Shown here: positions 52,836-64,000 of the stretch, piece after piece
Layout: each line of letters opens with the position of its first letter
Position numbering within the stretch: the first letter of the stretch is position 1
Assembly (NCBI RefSeq): GCF_044704955.1
Contig: NC_091985.1
Span: forward strand, 63,426,001 to 63,490,000
Direction of reading: 5' to 3'
Length of the DNA: 64,000 bases
DNA from: Pristiophorus japonicus
Taxonomy: Eukaryota
Notes under the pieces: model-generated
Told to the model about the DNA's origin: nothing
Seen by the model: the letters and a program-made list of their open reading frames with translations, nothing else
Databases searched by the model: none
Program-made: the position numbers and the translations under genes

Positions 52836-53494
52836 AAGAACAGATCACCATAGCAACTTGTACAGCCTGGCTCCAAACCAGCTGAAGACCTACCTAACTT
52901 GGCTACATTAAAGACACTGAAAGAAAACAAACGGAGTGTCAATCAGTCCTGAGGTTGTATTTGTAAAAGCCTATTGTTGGCCAGCAACCGCCCAGAGGTG
53001 TGGTTCAAGACTAAAAAGGCCCATTAAAAACCCAACTAAATGGAGGAAGGGTTCTCTACCTCACCACTTTCTACCTGGATACAGGCTTACAGATTGCTTC
53101 TGGAATGGCTGACTTGACCATGAGAGAAAACCGTGCACTACACCACAACTCACGTCCATCAAGATATTTAGAGGGAGCCGACAAGCCTGAGCCAGCCATG
53201 AGTATATATAAACTTTTGTTGAAGGGCTAGTCTAAGATAGACCTGTGTTTTTAGAGGATGTGACTGCTGCCAACGAACCAGAAGTAGTTGCGCATGTGCA
53301 GTACTTCGGGACTCACCGGCACTCCATTCAGAATAAGTAATAGGTGTGGCCTAAGAGACTGGGAGATTTGGACCTTGAGGCTTCAGGAACCCCCTTACGT
53401 GTTGTGCTGACTTACTTTTTCGAAGTCATATTATAATTGTGTCCTCTTCTAAAATGTTCAAATAAAATCAGTATATACAGCACACCAATGGAAA

Positions 53495-53690
53495 GGTCAG
53501 TTAAGTAAAAATTACAGAGCGGGCCTGGGGAAAAAATGCTGGGTATACAGAGCGGGCCTCGGGTTTCACAGGGTCTGGGGGAAAAAATGCCAGAAATATG
53601 GAGTGGTCTTTGGGTCTCATGGAAAAAATGCCGGGAACATGGAGCAGGTCTTTGGGCTCTATGAAAAAAAGCAGAATCATTGATATCGGC
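53495..53690 (+). repeat. Degenerate tandem repeats with core GGAAAAAATGCCGGGAA.A.AGAGCGGG (about 4 units)
   Basis: Visible repeated cores at about 53529, 53579, 53621 and 53662. Confidence 0.65.
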
Positions 53691-54736
53691 TTCCAGATTA
53701 ATGCGCAGAACTCTTCCTGCAACGGTCACTCCGATTTTTAAAAGGGTATGCATCTTAGGTAGTCAGAAAATGTTCTTTTTATTGTTACAGCAATTCTAAA
53801 TTGTGCATGAACCAAATATGTTGTTTAAATATTTTTTTCCTAATATATAATAAATGATTGTTTTCTTTACAAAGCCATGCGTCTTTAGGAAATGGGGACC
53901 ATTAAGTTAAATATAAAATTAACTTGTGTGGAGATAAAAAGGCTTTCCCCCAAATTAAAGAACACATTGCAACTTTTGTCCCTACAGTACATAGGACTAT
54001 TTTTTCTATTAACTGCTTGCCCTTGAAGAAAAACAAGTTATACTACATATTTTGTATGGACTCTTCAATCTTCAAATCAAAGCATTCTTCACATACAAGT
54101 AGAAGTGAGCCAAAGTTATGATGGAGAAAAGCACATGGGAAAATGTCCCTTTCAAACACTTGGACATCAAGACCATGGCATCCTCCATTTCCTGTGCCCT
54201 ATAAAAATATTTTTTTCTTGGTTGAACAGGAACCAAGCACAGACAAAGGGCTAAACATTTGTTTGCCCCAGAAAGTGGGCGTGGGGATCACGATGCGTTC
54301 AAAGGAATACAGGCAGCACACTAACTTCGTGTTGCCTGCTGATCAGCATGATTGCGACATTCAGCCCAGCACTGAACGTGTTGCTGAGTGGCTGAACATT
54401 CATCAGGGGTCCCAAGTTTGTGCTAGCATGCACTTCTTAAAGGCATTCTGCATATCTTAAAGGGGAGGTGCATGCTCCCTGCAGCAGTTCATTCAACTGG
54501 CTGGGAAAAAGAGTAAGAGGAGGAAAAAACACCAATGATGGCACAACGGGGGAGAGAGCATGTGCCATGGTTCTCCAATGCAGCACTGGAGGCCTTGATA
54601 AAGGAGGTCAACAGGAGGAGAGAGGTCCTATTTCCACAGGGAGCCAAGAGGCCCTCCGGGTAAATGCATAAAATCCATTGGGAGCAGAGAGCTGCTGTGG
54701 TGAACACCCTGGAGGACCTGGACGCAGAGGAGCAAG

Positions 54737-54882
54737 ATAAGGGGATAAGGGGTTATGGGGAGCGGGCGGGGAAGTGGAGCTGAGTCCATGATCAGATCAG
54801 CCATGATCTTATTGAATGGCGGATCAGGCTCGAGGGGCCGTATGGCCTACTCCTGTTCCTAGTTCTTATGTTCTTATGTTCT
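54737..54882 (+). mobile_element. Short CR1 3' end inserted in the Myb gene of Harbinger 3
   Basis: (TTCTTATG)2 tail; apparent TSD AAGAT. Confidence 0.85.
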
Positions 54883-55549
54883 AAGATGTTTAATAACATC
54901 ACACAGGCTGTCACGGTCGGTGAATTCATTTTCAAATGCCATATCCCAACATCTACATCACTATCCTCATACACTGTTCAAAGCACCACACTCCCATCAA
55001 TCACCTAAAAACAATCTCTACCAAACATGATGCATAGCTTACATCCATAGCTTCATCTCACTCTCACACACTTACCACTGCTGAAAACCTCACACCCACA
55101 TCTCACAGCTTGCACACAGCGCCAGCTAGTCAACCATGACAAGCATATCACCCAAACACATTGGACCACACTCACTGATACAATTCCCTTTCTTTTGCTG
55201 GAAAAGATGGCTCACAAAGGTGATGCCAGCAAGACCTAACCGGTACGTCTGCATAATCCCTATGGAGGAGACAGTGCTGGCAATTATTGGGAGGGGCATT
55301 GCTGAGCCCTTGATCAACGGCGGGGCTGAAAGAATGAAAGATGCCGGTATGTTCATATGTAATCCTCCTCCTCACATCCCACTTCTAGCTCATCCCACAA
55401 TCTCTTCTGATTTAAAAGCTGTACATAGTGCAAGTATGCACCTCCTGCTTTCGCCCCCTCCCCTCACCAAAACCTTACCCTTGTGCCTTTCCCCTTTCAG
55501 ATAGCCAAGAATGGACACCTGACCAGGCATTGGTAGAGGAGCACGAAAA

Positions 55550-55841
55550 AGATAAGGGGTAAGCCATTTAGGACCGAGATGAGGAGAAACTTCTTCACCC
55601 AGAGAGTGGTGAACCTGTGGAATTCTCTACCACAGAAAGTAGTTGAGGCCAATTCACTAAATATATTCAAAAGGGAGTTAGATGAAGTCCTTACTACTCG
55701 GGGGATCAAGGGTTATGGCGAGAAAGCAGGAAGGGGGTACTGAAGTTTCATGTTCAGCCATGAACTCATTGAATGGCGGTGCAGGCTAGAAGGGCTGAAT
55801 GGCCTGCTCCTGCACCTATTTTCTATGTTTCTATGTTTCTA
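55550..55841 (+). mobile_element. Short CR1 3' end (different subfamily)
   Basis: KPFRTEMRRNFFTQRVVNLWNSLP; (TTTCTATG)n tail. Confidence 0.88.
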
Positions 55842-58800
55842 AGAACACCAAGGCACTGATGGTGAAGACACAGCGCCATCACTTAATTTCACACTCACAG
55901 CCACTAGCTCAGATAGTTACACGCCACGTGCTTTAAAGGATAGGTTAGAGGCGGAAGCTGCATGTGGTGAGACACCGGGCACGAGTAGCCTGCAGCCAGG
56001 GCAGGATGAATGGGTAGCGCAGGTGCCAGCTCCCCGGAGGGCGAGGTCGCACATGAGTTCTGCTGTACAGGACTCAGATGAGGACATCGATGGGGCAGTC
56101 TACAGAAGAACACTGATGGTATATGCACAATGAAATGCTTGGTGCATTGGCAGGCCTGTTAGAAAGCCTGAGTGCAATGTCAAGGAGCATGGAGGAGTCC
56201 GGCATCAAACTTGCACAGGGCTTTGCACAGAGCTTGGAGCCCATGATTTCCAGCATGAAAGTGATGGGCAACTCCATTAGCGCACTTGTGGACCCAACCA
56301 TGATGCACCATTTCAGCTTCCATTGCAGCACAAGCAGATGCCACCCACCGCCTGAGTGCTGCAGTGGAAGATCAGACTTCTGCATTCAAGCTCAGCCTGC
56401 TCTCATGCAGGCTCAGCTTGTTACCATGCAAGCTCAAACTGCTGTAGGCTTTGTTTACCAGTGTGGAAAGGGACTTGCAGGGTGACACAGCAGTCCAGCA
56501 ATTTGTCCTCCAACAGATGGCTATGTATGCCTAGGCGCCGCCCCGGGGGAGTGGCAGTGGCTCCATGGAACACGAATCTGCTGTCCTCTCTCAGAATGAC
56601 AGCATTCATCCTCCTACCATTGCCACTCTACCAGCCAGCCCAAACTGTTGCTGCCCATGCCGAGGTGGTGCAGTAGACCCAGAGCTGCTTGAGGTCATCC
56701 TGCAAGGCCATCTGCAGGAAAGTCAGCTGCCTTTCACCAGCCATGCTGCAGCCACTGGGGTATCACTTCATAGGTGCACTAGGACAGACAAAGGCACACT
56801 GAAGAAAGGCACTAAGGGAATGCACAAGGGTGATTAGTTGACTTTGTTATGTAATATTGGATGGATTGATGTATAAAGTTGGATTGGAATGTTTCTTTCG
56901 TGATGGCTTTTATTTCAGCATTGTGGCAAGAGGACACTGTGATGGTCAGTAACAGAGGGAAGGTAAGGTTTGGGACTATTGTTGAATGGGGAATTGGTTG
57001 TGTCACAGGCACGACAATCGGATGAGACGATCACAGACAGCCCAGCCAGAAAGGGGCTATCTTGGCTGTTTCCTCCCTTCCGCTTCCTCCTCCTCCTCTT
57101 CCTCAGCTGGTCTCTGTATGGCTGGCGGCAAGGGCTGTGCTCTCATGATGGCGAGGTTGTGGAGCATGTGGCAGACCACAATGAATCCTGAGATAGACCC
57201 TGGTGAGTACTGCAGAAAGCAGAAATGTTGTTTAAGGGTGTCAATGTTCTGCTTGATCAGATTCCATGTGACAGCGTGGCTCTCATTGTATAAATGCTGC
57301 CTACGTGAGCATGGGTTGCAGAGCAGAGTCATGAACCAGGAGTTCAGCGGATAGCCCTTGTCGCCTAGTTGCCACCCTCTGGTTTGTCATGGTGGGCTCA
57401 AAGACTTAGGGAACAGCAGACTGCTACAGAATAAAAGCATCATGACTGCTACTAGGATAGCAGGCATTCACCATCATGATGTGCTGAGCATGCTCAGATA
57501 TCAACTGCACATCTCAGCATTTAGATGCAGCACCCGCAAAGCCACTTGTGTACAGTTGATGGTGTCCTGCACCATGGGGAAACCCGCTACCCTAGAAAAG
57601 CAACGTGCATATTCCGCCTGCTTCTTTCAAGTCAGAGAGAAGACAATGAACTACACTCCCTTGGCATAAAGAACGTCTGTCACCTAACTTATACAGCAGT
57701 GGACGGCAAACTGGGAGATGGTACAGATGTCGCCTGCTCCAGTCTGGAAGAATCCCGACACGAAAAACTTCAAGGTCAGAGTCACCTTCACAGCCACTGG
57801 CAGCGGTGTCCTTTCTGGACAATAATACAATTTACATAACATTTCACAGTTCACCTACAAGAGTACTAACATAAAAATCACTATGCAAGCTAATTTGAAA
57901 CAGCATGACATAGGGAGGTAGTCTGGACATAGGAATGTTGTTTGGGATGATTGGGCATTTGTTAACATTTTCATAAATGTACTGTGCTCACAAGCCAAGG
58001 CAACTCACACCCATCAAGACAGAACCAGAATATGTAATAGACCAGTCATGTTGAAACAACTGACAAGAGTATGGCAAAATAGCTATTGCACTTTATGGTC
58101 CTGAACGTGTCAAAAGCAATTGTGAGAGCAAGGTTAGAGGCATGCTGCCACCACTTTGCAAATATCTTCCACTTATTATGATCCTTCATATAATGATTAC
58201 TTTCCAAATCATCACAGCAAGGAATACTTCACAAAGCACTTACATAATACACACAACACTTTATGATCTTACATATCTTTGAAGGCATTGTCTGGGGGAT
58301 ATATTGGAAATCTTATTTATTTTAAACTTCCTTTAGGTTTTTCCTAAGAGAAGTGGTGCCATGGATCCTGGCACTTCACAGCATGTTGCGTCAAATCCTC
58401 CAACTGCTCAAAGTACCAGCACAGAACGCATCCCAGAAAATTATGGTAGTGAATTTGCGGATGGTATACAAATGAGGAGGAGCAAGCGAAGAAGACAAGA
58501 GAGCAGGAGGGGGATAGATCAGAACAGGGTGATGTGTATCTGATTTATGAACCCTAAGGGGCCAGCCTTCATGCAGGTCAATGCAGGTGCACAGGCCCTA
58601 TTCTACATCCTTTGAGTCCTCAATCAGCAGTCTGCAATAGCTGGTGATGAATGTGCAGCAGTTCACCTCCAACATCACTGTAGTCATGAGGGCAAATACA
58701 GCTCATAGTAACTTTGCACCTGAAGATATTGTCCCTTCATTATTCATCCTCCTCATCCAAGTCATGCAGCACAATAGGAAGAGCTAAAGGGATTCCTGTC

Positions 58801-59424
58801 CTCCCAGCTTTGTCAGCTGAAACTTCCACGGCAGTACCAACTGTCAAGACTACTGGAATGTTTTGCTTAGAAAACTGAAGGATTTAGGCAATAATAGGGA
58901 CAAAATTCCATTTATTCCATTTTGCTACGGAAGTTACAACAGACGAACAGAAGAACTTTCCCCCCCACCCCTCCCCTCCCCAGAAATTCATCCCCAATGA
59001 TTCAATGCAGAAGATTTTAAAAGTATGCCAGATCTTAAATGCAGAAATAGAAAAATAATGGCAATGCAAAATAACAGCAGCAACAACAATTTTGTTTTGA
59101 CTGTTTTCACTAAAGTAGGCCATGTTCAGCTGTCATGAACCCAGTTTATACGAGGCAGGCCTTCGCTCAACCTTGTGAAATTCAACACGAGACGTTATTG
59201 ACACAATTGGCGAATTAAATGAGGCTCGAGCATGCCTGTATTGCGGCCTCCATCTGTCACCACAAATAGAACTTTGTAAAATCTGGTGCACCGCAAAAAT
59301 ACACACCATATACAAGGGTCCAAACTGCCAATAAAGCTTTGTGAAATTAGGGGTTAGATATTTACTTACCCGTGTTTATAATACTGTTACACGACCATAC
59401 AAAACGTAATCAGACTATTACTAG

Positions 59425-59858
59425 AAAGAAAGAACTTATATTTATATAGCACTTTTCACATCCAGAGGACATCCTGAAGCATTCACAGCTTTGTGCAATC
59501 ACTGGTGTTATGTAACAAAAGTGGCAGGCGATTTGCACCCAGTCAGGTCCCACAAAAAGTAAATGAATGAATGACCAAATAATCTGTTTTCGATGATGTT
59601 TGTTGAGTGGGGAATGTTGGCCAGGGCACCGGGAGACCACCTCTTCTTCTTCGAACAGTTCTACAGGATCTTTTACAGCCATCTAAACTACCAGATGAAC
59701 TCTCTGTTTAGTATCTTATCCAACAGATATCACCTCCATCAGTATTGCACTGGAGTGACATCCTAAGTTATGTCTTCAAATCCTGGAGTGGGGTTTCAAA
59801 CCACAAAACCTTCTGACTCAGTCACGAGGGAACTACCCACTGGACCAAACTGACACAA
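59425..59858 (-). mobile_element. DeuSINE-like SINE
   Basis: Antisense Deu-domain-like core homologous to 40880-41000, tRNA-like head near 59780-59858, L2-type tail. Confidence 0.65.
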
Positions 59859-59914
59859 TATCTAAATCTATTTGCAAATGAATTTATATACAAGTTTACA
59901 AAGGAAATACTTAC

Positions 59915-59955
59915 CCTATAACATCTCGCAGATCACGGTCATCGTCATCATCCAT
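59915..59955 (-). CDS. BICRAL: BICRAL first coding exon, MDDDDDRDLRDVIG
   Basis: ATG at 59955. The peptide matches the BICRA/BICRAL N-terminus (human BICRAL MDDDDDSCLLDLIG, recalled). Acceptor ttttctag precedes 59960; donor GG|gtaagt, phase 2. Confidence 0.9.
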
Positions 59956-61547
59956 GACAACTAGAAAAGACATAAGATTAGAATAACAGTTTTTACCTTC
60001 TACTAACAATTACAAAATTACTTTTTGGTTACAATTTTACACTACTATAGATGAGCAAACCGAATTGGGTGAACATGAATCTTGCTGTTAAGACCTCCAA
60101 GAGATGAGCAATTTCTAGAGTTAATAATTTTTTTAAACTGTATGATACTGTTTATGTCCGACTTTTCAGTTCAAGGCCTCTACTATCAAATAAGCTAAGT
60201 GACATTGGGAAAAGGTTGTTGGATATTTCCTTAAATTAATTTTGTTAATTATGGCAATCTATTCATAATTCATCATAACAAGTCATTATAAGAATTCCAG
60301 AGTGCCTTTTTAAGGGTTCCCACCTCTAGCCTTTTCTCACCAGCATTTTTCATTTATATATATGTAATACACAACTTGATGGATATGGAGTGCCAGCTAC
60401 CAAAGTATCCCAGCCCATCCATGAAAGTGACTGTATTTATGCATGTTACTTTTGTTAAATGTGCATTTGGTGTGCTGTATGCTGTAATACTGAACCAGCA
60501 TTAGCTTGTGAAGATTATACTTTTAGTCACAATATGCAACAGTTATAGAAAATCATAAAAATATTTGTGTTGTTACTTTAGCAATATCACCAGCCTTCTA
60601 CAAACAAAATGTAAATAACCAGTTAAAATGTATGCAGTGGTATTTAAATTACCAGGTAAACTGTAGGTATTACCACATCATATCAAACCTTATTGGCTTA
60701 ATGACCAAACATTTAAAGTCACATGTCTCTGCTGACACTGCCTTAGTTCCAGGTGAATACATGCTTAATCTGACCATAGTCCCACTCAACCTCTTACAAA
60801 GGGCTTCTATTAGCAGCTAGGTGGTGATGGCATTTAAATAGAATTATTCCTAAAAGAAATCCAAACTGTGAAAGACATACCATCTATTTTTAATTCAAAA
60901 TCAGTTTATTTAAATGACAAACATAATTGAATTACAAAAATGGACTATAATTCCAGTAGTGTAACAAACTCAAGATCAAACAAAGCTCATAATTCCAAGC
61001 AGTTCTAAAATCTGGAGCAAAACCCCAATATCCTCCACAGTTTTGTCTGAATGAGAATAATACCATAAGCAAAGTACCGATCCTTGTGTGTACAGCATTC
61101 ACTGGTAACAGCTAAAGAGGCAGGTGTATCACCTAGATAATGAATTCATTGCATTTAGTTCTTTTCTATTTGGATTCCTTGTTATGGCGATAAGATCCTT
61201 GTTCTTGATAAACAATTTCTATAAATTGGAAGACAAAGGTGAACCACTAACTAGGTAAATAAAAGCGCCTGGACAAAGCTGTCAGACCTGAAAGTCCTCA
61301 TAACAACCTGGTAAAATATTTCAATCTTTGTTCACACTGGCAAAGGTAGTTGGTGGCTGGTCCTACAGAAACATCCACCAGGTCTGATAAAAATTATTGC
61401 TAGCACTTGATCTAGCATTTGCCATGACAAAACCATCTTTGGTGAGTTGCTACTCAGACAACCAAAACAAAAAGATGCCCTATTAGGCAAAACAAAAACT
61501 TTGGTAAACTTGACAAAATGTAAATCAAGCTTTTGAAGAATTATTAC

Positions 61548-61640
61548 CCAAGTATCCTCAGACTATAGGAAATGAATTTGTATTGAATTACAGCAAAGCA
61601 AAACATCGAAGAATGATGAAAAATATTATTTTTCTGGATT
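61548..61640 (-). other. Candidate 5' UTR exon of BICRAL
   Basis: gtctacag acceptor and GG|gtaata donor in TE-free sequence about 1.6 kb upstream of the start exon. Only 5 nt of UTR lie in the start exon, so an upstream exon must exist somewhere. Confidence 0.35.
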
Positions 61641-62559
61641 CTGTAGACAACAGTCATGACTGTTGTTGAACAAGTCCTCACATGCAAGAGTGAGGAACAG
61701 TTAACTGACCAAGATGGGCACACACTGCATGAATCTCTTAATGGAACAAAGTCTCGGGGTTGTTTTCTTCTCCGAGAGGATGATGGCAATTCCTATTTAT
61801 TTAAATGGATTGAACAAACAAGGATGAACTGAATTTATTAATTCTTGCCAATCTTTTTTCCACAAAAGATAATAGTTTCATAGTTGAAATGATGAAAATC
61901 TTTTCCTACAACCATCAGCATACAATACACCTACTGATAATGTAAGCTAAGGCTCAATTGACTTCAGCAACAGTAGCCACTGGAAGTCGTGAATGTATCC
62001 ACAATTCCATTCACGGGAAAAACACTTCTTGTAGTGTAGCTCTGCCTGCAGCTGTTCATATTCTATTTCCACCTTCTGAAAGACAATGGCACATCATACA
62101 AATGTACAGATGCTCTCTGACTACCAACTATGGGAATAGTATTTTTGTGTATTCATTATAACTACAATTTATTTCCTTAAAGAGTACAGCAAAAAATGAA
62201 TAACCATCAAAGTGCTTTTCAATGCTTCATTTAGAGAATTATTCAAAAATTACATTTCCTGATTTTTCATAGCTTTAACTGGCAACAAAAAAAGTTCTCA
62301 GAGGTTCACCAAAGCTCCTAACTGCAAATTGTTTTCGGCTCACAAGCAGTCAGAATTTATAATCCAAATAAGCAATTGAAGAAAAGAATGATGGAGTTTC
62401 TCAGTGGCTAATCTCAGCAATGTGGAATGCTGTCCTGCATAACGGAAGATTCAAATAGTTTTACTTCGAGAACAAAATATATGTAAAGGTGACTATTACA
62501 GTCCTCCTCATGAACTGTTTGGAGAACTTAATAGCTGGTCAGGATTGATAATACACGTG

Positions 62560-64000
62560 AGGGACACGCTAACTTTTAAAAGTTTGAAAAGTTAGCACCA
62601 GGCGCAAACGATTCTGAATTTCAGCTAAATTGGGCTTTAGCATCCCTGGGAGAAAATGACGTGCTAATTACCGTGGGATGGTCCAGGGACACTATTTGCA
62701 GAGCGCTACTCAATTTCAGCTGACTTGTATTCAGCAATCATCCTTCAATTGTTCACACTGGTCGATTTCAACTCTTAACGGGGAGGTAAGACCTCTGCCG
62801 GTTGGGCCATAAAAGAGCTGGAGCGGCGGGCCCTGCAACATCGCAGCCCCCTCCCCTCCCCTCCCCCCCCCCCCCCCCCCCCCCCCGACATGCGAGAGAA
62901 CACCTCCGCAGGTCGGGCCATAAAAGAGCCAGAGCGGCATACCACCACAACTTCCAAAACGAGCTGCTCCAAGTGTGCGACAATTTCAAGGTGTGCGACC
63001 GGGTGACGTCATCAGGACCCAGTTCAGCATTTGGAGCATGGGCAGGAGCATCTGCAGGGCCCAGGTACAGCAGAGGAGCACAAAGGTCGTGGCGGAGGTG
63101 CGGCGAGTGATCGAGGCAGAGGAGCGAGGAGGGATCATGGCTGAGATTCAGTGGGTGATTGTGGCGAAGGTTCAGCGAATGTTTGCTCCAAAGGTGCGGT
63201 GGGAGATCATGGCGGAGGTGCGGCGAGTGTTTTGTGGTGGAGGAGCGGTGAGAGATCATTCCAGAGGTGCAGCGAATATTTGTGGTGAAGGAGCGGCGAG
63301 AAATTGTGGCAGAGATGCGACAAATGAGGGTATGGGGCCCAGAAGAACCGAGGGCCCTGGGGCAGCACGAGCCAGCCTACATTGCGATATGTGCGCGCAC
63401 CAGGTCCGTGCAGCAGAGCAGGTCTCCAGTGGTCCTGGTTAACCCTTGCACTGGATAAAGGCCTAGCTATGTCAAGCCCGTATGGTGGCTGATGTGCAAC
63501 GGTCACCACGCATTAAAAAAAAATCCACACACAGGCATCTTCCACCCCTTCAATTGGAGTTCAGGACTGCAATATCGGGTCCTTCATTGAAACGTGTGAA
63601 CTCATCCCTTTTGGTGTGGAAGCAAGTCATCCTCGTTCAAGGGACCGCCTATGATGAATAGCAAGCTGCAGCCACTCATTTTCAGCATTGCTGCACTTGA
63701 GTGAGACCTCTGAGCAACTGAGAGACCTTTGCTGAGCTACTGACAGAACTTTGCTGAGCTTTGTAGGACAGCTAGTGCAAATCCTGCTTCAAGGGAGAGG
63801 GCCATGCGCTTTAACAATGTGGCATTGGAGACATTGGTGGGGGCAGTGGAGAGAAGTCGGGAATCGCTGCTCTCTGCATCTGGAAGGAGGCCAGGTCTCC
63901 AGGGCGATGTGGCTAGAAGTGGCCGAGGAGGCCAGCACTGTTGTAGACCGAACCCTGACACAGTGCTATAAGAAGTTCAACGACCTCAGTCGGGTGCTCA
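62560..64000 (+). mobile_element. Left part of Harbinger transposon 4 with start of Myb/SANT gene (about 63790 to window end)
   Basis: RERAMRFNNVALETLVGAVERSR...LTQCYKKFNDL. The left boundary is uncertain. Confidence 0.7.
62778..63657 (+). mobile_element. Non-coding RTE-tailed retroposon with internal repeats
   Basis: 3' end GTGGAAGCAAGTCATCCTCGTTCAAGGGACCGCCTATGATGA matches the RTE tail at 397-445. About 39-bp tandem repeats at 63085-63325. Confidence 0.7.

Larger units (their letters stand above)
54248..57825. mobile_element. PIF/Harbinger transposon 3, right end missing
   Basis: Left end GGGCTAAACATT. Plus-strand Myb/SANT WFSNAALEALIKEVNRRREVLFP from about 54538. Minus-strand transposase about 56990-57820 (AGFPMVQDTINCT, LGDKGYPLNSW, LKQHF, CHMLHNLAI). 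Confidence 0.8.

Noticed and set aside
58340-58870. Continuation of Harbinger 3 or another transposase remnant
   Set aside because: Too decayed to support by eye.
25461-59955. Calling the gene BICRA
   Set aside because: Most motifs (IGD, HNIIIQRG, QFFIPTSL, DGLRQ, GGQKRPAxKQLTK) fit BICRAL better, and BICRA's long Pro-rich region is absent.
1-64000. Orientation bias of LINEs relative to BICRAL
   Set aside because: Both orientations are well represented and the sample is small.

Overview
Eukaryotic genomic DNA, most likely from a cartilaginous fish (inferred from the CR1, L2, RTE, DeuSINE, Penelope and Harbinger repeat set). The window lies inside one minus-strand gene, BICRAL (GLTSCR1L, a ncBAF/GBAF subunit). 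Eight coding exons with GT-AG boundaries and consistent phases run from the start-codon exon (59915-59955) to the first GLTSCR1-domain exon (25461-25609). The remaining 3' exons were not found and probably lie left of the window, implying an intron over 25 kb. The introns contain: two complete-ended and two partial two-gene PIF/Harbinger elements (HARBI1-like transposase plus Myb/SANT gene); two copies of a Harbinger-type MITE, one with a G-rich minisatellite; an internally deleted Gypsy element with 248-bp LTRs and a 5-bp TSD; nested CR1, RTE and L2 fragments; and SINEs. Most short ORFs in the track are TE fragments or noise. All family calls come from motif recognition by eye; no database search was run.
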